IMG/VR virus record: IMGVR_UViG_3300034175_000204
Coordinates: 1-52,382 of that record
Length of the DNA: 52,382 nucleotides
Direction: 5' to 3' (one strand)
Source: a virus
Taxonomy: Duplodnaviria > Caudoviricetes
In this document: positions 38,167 through 48,124 of the stretch, one piece after another
Layout of the letters: each line of letters opens with the position of its first letter
Numbering within the stretch: position 1 is the stretch's first letter
Program-made: the position numbers and the translations under genes
Notes under the pieces: generated by a model
Databases searched by the model: none
What the model was told of the DNA's origin: nothing
Seen by the model: the letters and a program-made list of their open reading frames with translations, nothing else

Positions 38167-38415
38167 ATGAAACTGATCTCCGACTGGCGCCAGGCCTGGC
38201 GCTTGTGGTCGGTGCGCGCCACCGCGATCGGGGCGGTTGTGACCGCGACCGCGGCCGCATCGCCCGACGCGCTGCTGACCGCCTGGAATGCGCTGCCCGA
38301 CGAACTGCGCACGCTCGTTCCCGAGGACGTCGACCGTTGGGTGGCGCCGCTGCTGTTCGCGGTCTCGCTCGCGGTGCGCATCCTGCGGCAGAGGAGCGCG
38401 CGCGATGGCAAATGA
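38167..38415 (+). CDS. Putative holin
   Basis: MKLISDWRQAWRLWSVR; 2 TM segments; precedes the endolysin. Confidence 0.75.
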   Translation: MKLISDWRQAWRLWSVRATAIGAVVTATAAASPDALLTAWNALPDELRTLVPEDVDRWVAPLLFAVSLAVRILRQRSARDGK

Positions 38416-38911
38416 GGCGCAGCGCCGGCCGGGCGCAAAGACGCTGGCGGCGGTGATCGGGCTCGCCTGTGCCACGATCGTCACGCCGTTCGTCTCGGGC
38501 TGGGAGAGTGGGGGAAAGAAGCACCTGCGCGCCTATCAGGACATCGTTGGCGTCTGGACGATCTGCGACGGGATCACGAAGGGCGTGCGTCGCGGCCAGA
38601 CCGAGACCACTGCCGGCTGCCTGGCGCGGCAGGAGCAGGAGCTGATCGCCCACGCGGCGCCGGTGCTGGCGTGCACGCCCGGCCTCCGAGGCCGGCCGCA
38701 CCAGCTCGCGGCGGCGGTATCGCTGGCGTACAATATCGGGGCGCGCGGCTATTGCCGGTCGACGATCGCGCGGCGGTTCAACGCGGGCGAGTGGCGCCGC
38801 GGCTGCGACGCCTTCCTCGCCTGGAACAAGGCGGGTGGCCGCGTGATCCGTGGCCTGGCCAACCGGCGCGCGGCCGAGCGCGCGCTGTGCCGCAAGGGTC
38901 TTTCCGCATGA
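38405..38911 (+). CDS. GH24 lysozyme (SAR-type endolysin)
   Basis: WE..., AYQDIVGVWTICDGIT, SLAYNIG, GLANRR. Confidence 0.92.
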   Translation: MANEAQRRPGAKTLAAVIGLACATIVTPFVSGWESGGKKHLRAYQDIVGVWTICDGITKGVRRGQTETTAGCLARQEQELIAHAAPVLACTPGLRGRPHQLAAAVSLAYNIGARGYCRSTIARRFNAGEWRRGCDAFLAWNKAGGRVIRGLANRRAAERALCRKGLSA

Positions 38912-39303
38912 CGCGGGTCCGCATCCTGGCGGTGCTGGCGGTTGTCGCCGCGCTCGCGACCATCGTCTTCATCATCCACCGCGCCGGCGTTCGCGATGGT
39001 GTCGCCAAGGTCACCGCCACGGTCCAGCGACAGCACGCCAAGGATCTGGCGGAGGTGCGCGCGGACCAGACCCGCGCCGCGGTCGTCGGCACCGCGATCG
39101 CGGCCGGGGTCGGCCGTGCCGACGCCGAAGTCGACGACCAGGTCCAATCCACGCTCGAGGAGATGCGCGATGCGCTTGCTGCCGTCCATGCCGCGCCTGA
39201 TAGCGCCGATCTGCCTGCTGCTCCTGTCGAGCGGCTGCGCGACCAGCTCAACGCGAGCATCGCTCGCGCGAACCGAGCGGCCGATCCTCCCGCCGCTCGA
39301 TAG
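38908..39303 (+). CDS. i-spanin (Rz-like)
   Basis: N-terminal TM plus coiled coil, after the endolysin. Confidence 0.65.
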   Translation: MTRVRILAVLAVVAALATIVFIIHRAGVRDGVAKVTATVQRQHAKDLAEVRADQTRAAVVGTAIAAGVGRADAEVDDQVQSTLEEMRDALAAVHAAPDSADLPAAPVERLRDQLNASIARANRAADPPAAR

Positions 39304-39526
39304 CGCGCTCACCCAGGCCGAACGCCTGGCGCCGCTGGCGGCCGAGCCGAGCGGCGAACTGGTGTCGATCGACAAGGGCGTCCTCGGCGAGCTGGTCGCG
39401 CGCCTGGCCGAGGCGATCGGCGCGGTCGAGCGCGCGAACGGCCGCGCCACAGCGGTGCTCCTGGAGCGGCGCTGCACCGCCGCCATCCTGTCGACCGGCG
39501 CCGCGCCGGCCGGCTGCCCCCGCTGA
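39170..39526 (+). CDS. o-spanin lipoprotein (Rz1-like)
   Basis: Overlapping frame; lipobox LLSSGC. Confidence 0.65.
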   Translation: MRLLPSMPRLIAPICLLLLSSGCATSSTRASLARTERPILPPLDSALTQAERLAPLAAEPSGELVSIDKGVLGELVARLAEAIGAVERANGRATAVLLERRCTAAILSTGAAPAGCPR

Positions 39527-39536
39527 AGGACACACC

Positions 39537-42422
39537 ATGAAGACCATCCTGCTTTGGGATCCCCGGTTTCCCGACCGTAAGCCCGCGCGGCTGACGCTCG
39601 CGGACGCGCTCGCATCCGCTGCGGTCCGCGCCGGCGTCGCCGCTGCGGCCGACCCTGCCGACCAGGGCGCGTTGGCGACCGGGGGCGCGCTTGATCCCGG
39701 GCTGCTGACCGAGGTCGTAGTGGAGCATGGCTATCGCCAGCAACTCGCGCGAGTGGTGCTGCCGTACGCGGTGGTGCTGATCGGGGCGGGGTTGGGAGTC
39801 TTGGCGAGTGTCGGGTCGCCGGTCGCGGGTGTTGCGACGCCGCCGATCGCGAGCGGCAATGCCGCAATGCTGGCGGCGTTGGCGAGCAAGAGTGGCCCAG
39901 TCAACGTCGGCGTGTTGGGCAGTTCCAAGATGCGTCAGCACGCGATCGTTCCTGCCAAAGCAGCGCGCTCGATGCCGTCCGGACCGCTCACGATCGCGCA
40001 GACACGCACTCGGCGCTGGCGGCTCAACTTCTGGTTCGATACCATCAACCCGACTTTCGATAGCGGCAACAACGGCATGTCGGGCCACATCTTTGCTGGC
40101 GACGGACAGACGTTCGGCAACATGTATCAGCGCATTCCGATGATACTGGCCTCGCGCGCAGACGTCATCGTCGTGCAGAGGACTGCCAACAGCGTCCAAA
40201 TCGACAATACGGATATTTACGGCAACCTGCTCGGCACCCCGTTTTCCGGCGAAGGCTATAATGCGCTGGAGCGGCTGGTCCTCAACGCCATCATCACCGG
40301 CATGGGCGGGCGCTTTGCCGGCAAGCCCGTGATCGTCGAAGAACTGATCCCACGCCGCACGGATGCCGGCTCGTTGCCCCCACAGTTCGCGGCCGGAGCG
40401 CCTGCACGCGCGCAAATCCCCGCGTGCAACAGCCTCGGCAACGAATGGTGCGCCGCAAACGGCATCCCGGTCATCCACAACTATGACGTGGTGGTTCCGG
40501 CGAGTGACCCGAACGGCAACCCAGAGCTCATGTACCTGCGCGCGGATCGTATCCACCGCAGCCTGGCCGGAGCGTTCGCGGAGAGTTTCACGTGGCAGAA
40601 CGTGATCGACCCGCTGTGCCCGGTCATTGGCGACCCCGATCCTCTCGCGGCGGGCAACCTCGTCATCAACCCACGCATGTCCGGCGCTGGGCCGATTGCC
40701 ACCGGTTACACGCGCACGCGGCATGGATCGACCGGGACGGGAACGCCGAGCATCGTCACGGTCGACGGCAAGCCGTGGCAGCAGATTTCCACCGATCTCA
40801 CCACCGTTGCGGACGGGGTGCAAGAGGCGGATACTTTCGTCGTGCCGCTAAATGCTACGGCCGGTTCGGGTTGGGCGCGCGCGCGCTTTCGGGTGCACGT
40901 TGAGGCGAGCGCCAGCTGGTACGGCACGCCGACCATGATCGCCAGCGCTGGCCCCGAGCCGGCGACCACGATTGCAGGGATGGACGGAGGCGGCTCCGGC
41001 GTCACCGACCCGACCAGCCTTAGCATCGAGCCGGGCATTCCTGTCGCCAATGGCGGGCTGTACGAGACACCGCCGTTCCGCGTCAGTCTCACCGCGGGCA
41101 GTCTGTCCATCCGCGGGCCGTCGTTTCGGCGCGGGGTCGGTATGGCGACGTGGCGGTTTACCGACGTCGAGTTCGTGCCCGTCGCCGATCCGCGATCGCT
41201 GATGTACGACGCCAGCTTGCCGCTCGGCACGACGATTAGCGGCGGCGCGAGTGCAGCCTACAGCTTCGTCGGCGATGGCGTGACCGCGCGCTCGCTGACC
41301 TTCCTGGCATCCAAGCCGGGCACCTGGTCAATCGGCGGAGCAGATGCGGCGCTTTGGACGATCGATCAATGGGGTCTCGCCAAGCGCGCCGGACCGCTGA
41401 ATTTCGGTGCGCCCGACGATACCGACGCAGACGGCGTGGACAGCTTTACGGTGACGCTGACACCGTTCGATATCCGCGATGCGGCGGTCAGCCAGGCCGT
41501 TACCGTCACCGCAACCTTCGCCTACACCGGCTTTTCCGATCGGATGAACCAAGCGGCGGGCGACATCACGACCAATCCGGGCTGGACCGCCATGCCCGGC
41601 TATGTCGCTGGCGCCATCGCGTACACCGGCGCGAACAACTTCGCGATCGGCTACAGCAACGTCTCGGGGGGCGGCGTGTTCGCGCCGCAGCAAGGCGATA
41701 CGGTCGAGCAACGGGTGACCGCCGAACAGCGGTTTTCGGTCACCAATAACGGCACGGTCGCCGTTCTGGCGCTCGACGCGGCCAATTGGCTCGGTCTCAC
41801 CAACGTGTTGACGACCGGAATCCAGTTCCGCACCAGCCAGGCGGGCACGCTTATGGTCCTGGGGACGTTCACGCCGGACCTTCCGCCCGCGCAGGGTGAC
41901 GTGCTGTCGTTTCAGGTGCGCGAGCAGGGGGCGGGCGTCTACAAGCTGGAGGTGTACCAGAACGGCGTGCGCCTCGTCCTTGGCAGCGGCACCGACGACG
42001 TGACCAATTTCGTCACCGGGGCGGGGTTCCTGGCGACTGCGCGGCGCTCGGGGCTGATTACGCGCACGGGCGGGCTGTCCATCTGGCTTCGCAACTGGAA
42101 CAACATTACCGCGTCGGCACGCACGACGCTGCGCTCGGTCAAACCGCTGGTGTGGAAGACGCCGAACGCCACGACGATCGCAGTCGCGGCCGGAGGCGGC
42201 GCAGGCGCGGCGGACATCGACCGGCGCACGGCTGGCAGCACGATCAGTTTGGGAACGGTCACCAAGCCCGCCGGCAACGCCGCCGAGTTCCTGGCGGATG
42301 GCGACACGATCCGCTGGTCCGGGTCGCTCGTCGCGGGAACATACACGGTCAATGTCATCGAGACGCTCGATGGTGCGGTGAAGTCCCCGCGCACGACCGC
42401 GCTGACGATCACGGTGGCATGA
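39537..42422 (+). CDS. Large multidomain protein with an SGNH-hydrolase-like domain and beta-sandwich domains
   Basis: VGVLGSS (block I), RTANS (block III), DRIH (block V). Confidence 0.6.
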   Translation: MKTILLWDPRFPDRKPARLTLADALASAAVRAGVAAAADPADQGALATGGALDPGLLTEVVVEHGYRQQLARVVLPYAVVLIGAGLGVLASVGSPVAGVATPPIASGNAAMLAALASKSGPVNVGVLGSSKMRQHAIVPAKAARSMPSGPLTIAQTRTRRWRLNFWFDTINPTFDSGNNGMSGHIFAGDGQTFGNMYQRIPMILASRADVIVVQRTANSVQIDNTDIYGNLLGTPFSGEGYNALERLVLNAIITGMGGRFAGKPVIVEELIPRRTDAGSLPPQFAAGAPARAQIPACNSLGNEWCAANGIPVIHNYDVVVPASDPNGNPELMYLRADRIHRSLAGAFAESFTWQNVIDPLCPVIGDPDPLAAGNLVINPRMSGAGPIATGYTRTRHGSTGTGTPSIVTVDGKPWQQISTDLTTVADGVQEADTFVVPLNATAGSGWARARFRVHVEASASWYGTPTMIASAGPEPATTIAGMDGGGSGVTDPTSLSIEPGIPVANGGLYETPPFRVSLTAGSLSIRGPSFRRGVGMATWRFTDVEFVPVADPRSLMYDASLPLGTTISGGASAAYSFVGDGVTARSLTFLASKPGTWSIGGADAALWTIDQWGLAKRAGPLNFGAPDDTDADGVDSFTVTLTPFDIRDAAVSQAVTVTATFAYTGFSDRMNQAAGDITTNPGWTAMPGYVAGAIAYTGANNFAIGYSNVSGGGVFAPQQGDTVEQRVTAEQRFSVTNNGTVAVLALDAANWLGLTNVLTTGIQFRTSQAGTLMVLGTFTPDLPPAQGDVLSFQVREQGAGVYKLEVYQNGVRLVLGSGTDDVTNFVTGAGFLATARRSGLITRTGGLSIWLRNWNNITASARTTLRSVKPLVWKTPNATTIAVAAGGGAGAADIDRRTAGSTISLGTVTKPAGNAAEFLADGDTIRWSGSLVAGTYTVNVIETLDGAVKSPRTTALTITVA

Positions 42423-43408
42423 TGCGCGCGCTCATCCTCCCGCTCCTCCTCCTCCTCCTCGGCCTCCTCACCGCGCCGGCACTTGCGCAGACGGTGACCA
42501 CCACGGCGCCGCTGCCGGACGGCGACCGCGATGGTCGCGTGCGGGTCGTCGCCCAGGCAGCGGCGCTGGGGGTCCCGCGGGGTACGATACTGACGCTCTG
42601 TCCGGCCACGACCTGGACCTATCGCTACGGCTCGGGCGAATGCACCGTCGCGCTCGATGTGCCCGGCAAGATCGGTCCGGTACCGCTGGCCAGCTCCGGG
42701 CGGGTCGTCACGCGGGCGTGGCAGGTTGTCGAGACTTGGCCGAAGACGGACTATACGGGCCAGGTCAACGCGGGCCTGGTCGCCACCGAGATCGGCCGGG
42801 TTGGCATCCGGCTGAAGGGCAGGGTCGACGGGGTGACGATCCGCGACTTCCGGCTGGAGCATTCCGCCGTGGAGAACGTCTCGCCGCACCTGCCCGTCGC
42901 GATCGCGGTCGAGAACGGCCGCGACATACTGATCCAGGATGGGCGCGCGAGCGGCTTCCAAATGACATACGTCGCCGGCAAGTACCGGAACGGCGACGTC
43001 TACTCGACCGAGCGGCTTGTCGACCGCATCACCTTCCGCCGCGTCGCGGCGCGCAATGCCAGCGACGGGTGCTTCGACCTGAAGTCGACGAATACGATCC
43101 TCGACCAGACGACCGGCGGCAAATGCGGGATCATCTATCGGCTGTGGGGCAGCGGCTTCGCCACGACGATCGTCAGCGAGGATCCGCGCAAGTACCACGT
43201 CGCCTTCTATACGGGTGCCGACTGGCACATCGGCCACCTGACCGCGCGCGCGGCGACGACGGCGCCGATCCTGTTCTTCGAAGGTCTGACCACGGGCGCA
43301 CGGGTGGTCATCGATGGGTGCACGATCGCGGTGCCGCGCGGCACTAGGCTGTTCCTCGGCAAGCCTCCGAAGACGCTCATCCTGGGCCCGGGATGCGCGG
43401 TGCCGTAG
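42422..43408 (+). CDS. Secreted beta-rich (parallel beta-helix-like) protein
   Basis: Signal peptide with a (CTC)6 Leu run; NGD, DGCFDLKS. Confidence 0.6.
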   Translation: MRALILPLLLLLLGLLTAPALAQTVTTTAPLPDGDRDGRVRVVAQAAALGVPRGTILTLCPATTWTYRYGSGECTVALDVPGKIGPVPLASSGRVVTRAWQVVETWPKTDYTGQVNAGLVATEIGRVGIRLKGRVDGVTIRDFRLEHSAVENVSPHLPVAIAVENGRDILIQDGRASGFQMTYVAGKYRNGDVYSTERLVDRITFRRVAARNASDGCFDLKSTNTILDQTTGGKCGIIYRLWGSGFATTIVSEDPRKYHVAFYTGADWHIGHLTARAATTAPILFFEGLTTGARVVIDGCTIAVPRGTRLFLGKPPKTLILGPGCAVP

Positions 43409-43764
43409 CCGCAGCGTCTCGACGCTCGTGGCCGCACGTGGCATATCTTTCACCGCCGACCCGAGCGTAGCCGCAAGGGTCGGCCCGCGCGCGCGGTTTG
43501 CTCCCGGGTTCCGGTTCGCCGGGTGGCCCGCGGAATAGAAGACCCTCCGGGGAAATACGCGGGGCGTAGATCCCTGGGAGCCTGCGCGGCTAACCACCCG
43601 GTCCGTCGGGCTGGTCGGCCGCGCAGGCACTCCCCCCTGATATTCGCGGTGATCGCCGCGCCACTCATCCCGCGGCCGATCGGCCGGGGCCCCGCCGATC
43701 GCGTCGATCGGCGGCCACTCAGCGCGCGTAGCCGACGTGCTCCTCACCCGAGAGCTGAGACTGA

Positions 43765-44560
43765 ATGCCTTCGTCCACCACCGCCCGACCCCCCTGCGCC
43801 GTATCTTGGGGGCAAGCGCAACCTGGCCAAACGCCTGTGCGCCATCATCGATACGATCCCCCACCGGACCTATGTTGAGCCGTTTGTCGGCATGGGCGGC
43901 GTGTTCCTGCGCCGGCCCGCGCCGGCGCCTGTCGAGGTCATCAACGATCTCGCCGGCGACGTCGCCAACCTGTTCCGGGTCGTGCGGCGGCATTACGAGC
44001 CGTTCGTCGACGAGCTGCGCTGGCTGATCGCGAGCCGGGCCGAGTTCGAACGGCAGCGCGACCTGGAGCCGCGGCTGCTGACCGACATCGAGCGCGCGGT
44101 CCGCTTCCTCTACCTCCAGCGCCTGGCGTTCGGCGGCAAGATCGTCGGCCGCACTTTCGGAGTACGACGCGACCAGGACTCGCGCTTCAACCTCGCGCGC
44201 CTGCGCGCCGAACTGAAGGCGCTGCGCGATCGCCTGGCGTCGGTCACGATCGAGCAGCTGGACTATGCGGACGTGATCCGTCGCTATGACGGCGCGGGCA
44301 CGCTGTTCTATCTGGACCCGCCCTACGACGAGACCACGGGCTATGGCACGGGGTTCGGCCGCGACGACTATGTCGCGATGGCCGAGCAGCTCGCCCGCAT
44401 CGCTGGTCAGTTCGTCCTGTCGATCAACGCGACCGACTTCATCCGCGAGACCTTCGCGGCCTTCTCGATCGAGGAAGTCGAGACGACCTGGACGGTTTCG
44501 ACGGGGGCAACCGGCCGGGGCACGCGCGTGACCGAGCTGATCATCAGCAACCCGCGCTGA
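43765..44560 (+). CDS. Dam-family (D12) DNA adenine methyltransferase; the nearest ATG is out of frame across a C6 run
   Basis: PYLGGK, YVEPFVGMGGV, EVINDL, FYLDPPY. Confidence 0.8.
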
Positions 44561-44762
44561 TGCCTTTGCAGAGAGCGGGTATCGCACCCGTTCTCTGCGG
44601 GTATCGGGGGCCCTCACAGGCGCAGAATTGCGCCACCACGGCGGATCGGACCTCCGCCGCGCTCCACATTAAATCATGTGTTCCGCGCCGATCGCCACGG
44701 CCGGCGCGGCCTGGCTCGGGTCGATCGACGCGGGGCGCCTCCTCTCACAAACCGAGGTTAAC

Positions 44763-45986
44763 ATGCTCACCAACGCCGACCTCAAGAGAGTGCGGACGCG
44801 TGATCGCGCCTACAAGCTGGCCGACGCCGGCGGCCTCCATCTCTACGTCGCACCGACAGGGCTGAGGTCCTGGCGGTGGCGCTTCCGCCTCGGCGGAAAG
44901 GAGCAGCTGCTGACGATCGGCGGCTTTCCGGACGTCTCCCTCGACGCAGCCCGGGCCCAGCGTGATCGCGCGCGTGAGCAGCTCGGCCGCGGCGAGGATC
45001 CGCGCGCGGCTGCGAGCTCCGACGATTCGCGAGTTCGTGCTTTCGAGTATGTCGCCCGGGGCTGGCTAGCGCACATGCGCCCGCGCTGGACCGAGGTGCA
45101 TGCGGCCGACGTGCTCGCCAGCCTCGAGCGCGACGTCTTCCCCGCGATCGGCGCCATGCCGATGGGCGCCATCACCACGCCGGTGGTGCTGAACGCCCTG
45201 CGCTCAGTCGAGCAGCGCGGCCGCCTCGAGACGGCCCGACGCGTGCGTCAGCGGATCTCGGCCGTGTTCGCCTTGGCGATCGCCCAGGGTCTGGTCGAGC
45301 ATGATCCAGCGGCGATCGTCGGCAAGGCGCTGATGCCGCCGGCACCACCGCAGCATCATGCCGCGCTCCTCGACGTCGATGACGCGCGCGAGCTGCTCGC
45401 GGCGGCCGAGCTGGTCGACGCGGCGCCTGTGATCAAGCGGGCGTCACGCTTCCTGGCCCTCACGGCCGTGCGCCTCGCGGCGGTCCGCGGCGCGTGCTGG
45501 TCCGAGATCGAGGACCTCGACGGCCTAGCGCCGCTGTGGCGCGTGCCTGCCGCGCGCATGAAGCTGAAGGCGGCGAAGAAGCTCGATTCGAGCAACGACC
45601 ACCTGGTACCGCTGTCGCGCCAGGCGGCCGAGCTGCTGCGCGAGATCCGCGACGAACACGTTGCCGGCGCCGGCAACCTGTTCTTCCCGGGTCGCCTCGC
45701 CGGCCGGCCGATCGGTGAGGCGGCGATCGGCGACCTCTACGATCGCGCGGGCTTCGCCGGCCGTCACGTGCCGCACGGCTGGCGCGCGACCTTCTCGACG
45801 ATCCTCAACGAGCGCTTCCCGGACCAGCGAGGCCAGATCGACCGCGCGCTAGCCCACGCCAGCGGCGCCCGGGACAAGGTGGAGGAGGGCATCAACGCGA
45901 AGGTGGAGGGCGCGTACAACCGCAGCCAGCAGCTGGCACCGCGGCGCGAGCTCTTCCAGGCCTGGGCAGACGCGCTGGTCGGGTGA
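44763..45986 (+). CDS. Second tyrosine integrase (P4-like, with arm-binding domain)
   Basis: YKLADAGGLHLYV...G.FPDVSL; TAVR, RMK, HGWR, LAH, GAYN. Confidence 0.9.
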   Translation: MLTNADLKRVRTRDRAYKLADAGGLHLYVAPTGLRSWRWRFRLGGKEQLLTIGGFPDVSLDAARAQRDRAREQLGRGEDPRAAASSDDSRVRAFEYVARGWLAHMRPRWTEVHAADVLASLERDVFPAIGAMPMGAITTPVVLNALRSVEQRGRLETARRVRQRISAVFALAIAQGLVEHDPAAIVGKALMPPAPPQHHAALLDVDDARELLAAAELVDAAPVIKRASRFLALTAVRLAAVRGACWSEIEDLDGLAPLWRVPAARMKLKAAKKLDSSNDHLVPLSRQAAELLREIRDEHVAGAGNLFFPGRLAGRPIGEAAIGDLYDRAGFAGRHVPHGWRATFSTILNERFPDQRGQIDRALAHASGARDKVEEGINAKVEGAYNRSQQLAPRRELFQAWADALVG

Positions 45987-46644
45987 GGGTGGGGCAGGGC
46001 ACCCGACCAACCTGGGGTCCGCCCCAGGTTGCCGAGGGGCTCGCCCCACCCCCGGAGGGTCAAAAGTCGGGGCAGTCGCCCCCCGGACACCGCATGGTGC
46101 CGCCGTGCGCACTGCGAGGAGATCCAGACCAAAAAGTTCGTCACCGCGGCACAGGCTCCGCAGGGAGAGGGTTGGCGGAAAAGCCGGCCCTCCAGCGCTT
46201 GCGACCTTCGGCCAGCCACGCAGCGGCCATCGCCCTCGCGTGATCGTGGGCAGCCTCGTTATTTTGCGACATGAGCACGCAGTACCGAATTTGCGTGATC
46301 GCGGAGGGTCTCAGCCTGCGGCTTGCGGGAGAGTATCCAGCGTCGAAGAAGGGAGCTGCGCGCTCCAAGGCATCGAGGATCGTATCGGTCTCGCCGCGCA
46401 TCGAAAACTCCAGAAGGTAGAGCGCCGCATGCGCGACGCCGGGGGAGGGGGGCACGCTTCGCGCCGGGTCCCCCTCGACAGCCCGGGGCGGCGCAAGCCG
46501 CCACGTTCCGACAGCCTGGTCTTGGCTGTCGGGTGCGTGTGTCGGTCCGTTGCCGCCGTGGGGGACTACAAACTAGCGCCGACCTCGCGTTCAGCGAGGT
46601 CGTTCCTCATCATTCTAAAGACCTGTCGTTGGATAGCGGTCGTT

Positions 46645-47487
46645 TCACGGACTCACGCTTGTGAGCGTGGCGCCAACCCTGGCGAGGACGGCACGGAGCT
46701 CCGGATCGTGGACCTCGGCGGCCGTCGGCTCGCCCGGCCTGACTGTCGCTGGGATCGCACCCAGGCGGCGGAGCCGCACCGTCAGAAGCTGCTTGAAGCG
46801 CGACCAGGTGCGCTGCGCCATCTTGGTTTGTAGTGGAAACAGGTAGGCGTTGGACGTCTGCTCGCGCTGCGGGGCGAACTCGCCCTTGGCGTCCGTCCGG
46901 ATGCTTCGCCTCACCCAATCGACGAGGCCGTTCGCCTTCAGCCGCGCGATCCCCTCCTTGGCCGCCGTGAGGCTGACCCCGGCGGTGGCGGCGATCGTCT
47001 CGTAAGTCGGGAACAGTTGGCCCGTCGCGAAGTCCAGAAAGTGGACCAGCCCGCGCAGCACGACGATGTCGATTCGCCGGAGCGCGCGGCGCGCTCTAAC
47101 GATCAGCGCGTCGATCGCCTGCAGCTCCAGCCTCAGCGCCGCGCGTGCGCCTGGCGGCGAGTCGGCGGCCGCTTCGTGGCGCTCCAACTCGCCCGCGATC
47201 AGCGGCCGCTTGCCTTCAGCCGCGCGCACTTCGGCAGGCGGGAGCTCGCGCCACTGCTGATGGCGGAGTTCGTCGGCGGCCTGGACGAGCGCGTCGCGGA
47301 ACGCGAGACCCTGACCGGCCGAGCCGTCGCCGATCGGCTTCCAAGGTTTGGCCTTGGGATCGTCAACGTCGTAGCTTTCGCGGCGCACGTGGGGGTCTGG
47401 GCCGCGTTGGCGGCCCGTCAAGTGGGCTGTGAACTGCCGGGTCAGCAGCCGCGCCTGGCGCGCGATCGGTCTGGAGGTATGCGACAT
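46645..47487 (-). CDS. HTH replication-initiator-like protein
   Basis: FLDFATGQLFPTYETIA...RLKANGLVDWVRR...QTSNAY. Confidence 0.65.
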   Translation of the reverse strand: MSHTSRPIARQARLLTRQFTAHLTGRQRGPDPHVRRESYDVDDPKAKPWKPIGDGSAGQGLAFRDALVQAADELRHQQWRELPPAEVRAAEGKRPLIAGELERHEAAADSPPGARAALRLELQAIDALIVRARRALRRIDIVVLRGLVHFLDFATGQLFPTYETIAATAGVSLTAAKEGIARLKANGLVDWVRRSIRTDAKGEFAPQREQTSNAYLFPLQTKMAQRTWSRFKQLLTVRLRRLGAIPATVRPGEPTAAEVHDPELRAVLARVGATLTSVSP

Positions 47488-47705
47488 CGTGTCGGCTCCC
47501 GATGGGAAGTCGATGGGCGCACGAAAGCGCCGGCTGAACTGGCGTGTTCAGCCGCGCGCTTTGCGTGGTGGCGATGCGCTCCTCGCGGAGCGCCGATGTC
47601 GGTGAATGGCCGTTCGACGGCAGTCCGGTGCGGCTCCGGTGTTAGCCGAAGATCGCGATGGAAAACTGCGGCTTTCGCCCCCGGCCTAGCTGGCTAAAAC
47701 GTCAC

Positions 47706-47725
47706 GAAAACCGCGGAAAACCGCG
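47706..47725. repeat. Tandem GAAAACCGCG x2 beside att (variant GAAAACTGCG at 47661)
   Basis: Direct read; candidate integrase arm or accessory-factor sites. Confidence 0.5.
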
Positions 47726-47737
47726 CTGTCCGTTTCG

Positions 47738-47782
47738 TTCGTAATGCGGGGGTCACAGGTTCGAGTCCTGTAAGCGGCACCA
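47738..47782 (+). other. attR: 3' half of tRNA-Thr(CGT), anticodon loop through CCA
   Basis: TTCGTAA-TGCGG-GGGTC-ACAGG-TTCGAGT-CCTGT-AAGCGGC-ACCA; no 5' half upstream. Confidence 0.8.
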
Positions 47783-48124
47783 CACTCGTGACATTGCACC
47801 CGATAAAGACTGATAGAGAACAAAAGCGGGCACCTCAGCGAGGTGCCGAGCACGATGGCAGCCGAAACTGCGGCTTGCCTTGTCGAAGGATGTTGCTGAA
47901 AAAGTGTTCTTGCCACGTAGTGGCGGGGCAGCATGATCACCGGCTTTAGCACCGCCGCCTCCGCCAAGAGCCTCGCGTGAAGGATGGCGACAGGAAGCTG
48001 CGCAACGCCCCCGGGAGTTCTGCGGTGAGGGGGAGTACATGACCAAGCTGGCCGGGATCGCTCAACCTGCAGGCCCAGGACGCCTGGCCCGTCCTGCCGC
48101 GGGCCGAAACATCGCGGGCGCCTG

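Larger units (their letters stand above)
1..47782. mobile_element. Temperate lambda-like (cos-packaging) siphovirus prophage integrated at tRNA-Thr; left att lies outside the window
   Basis: Integrase, immunity, head, tail and lysis modules are present in order; the right boundary is a tRNA 3'-half, followed by non-phage genes. Confidence 0.9.

Noticed and set aside
42443-42460. (CTC)6 as a phase-variation tract
   Set aside because: In-frame triplet encoding signal-peptide leucines; slippage would not shift the frame
32749-43408. Diversity-generating retroelement or invertible tail-fibre cassette
   Set aside because: No reverse transcriptase, no TR/VR pair and no flanking inverted repeats seen by eye
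47700-47782. Intact tRNA-Thr gene
   Set aside because: The 5' acceptor strand and D-arm are missing; only the 3' half is present, consistent with an att duplication
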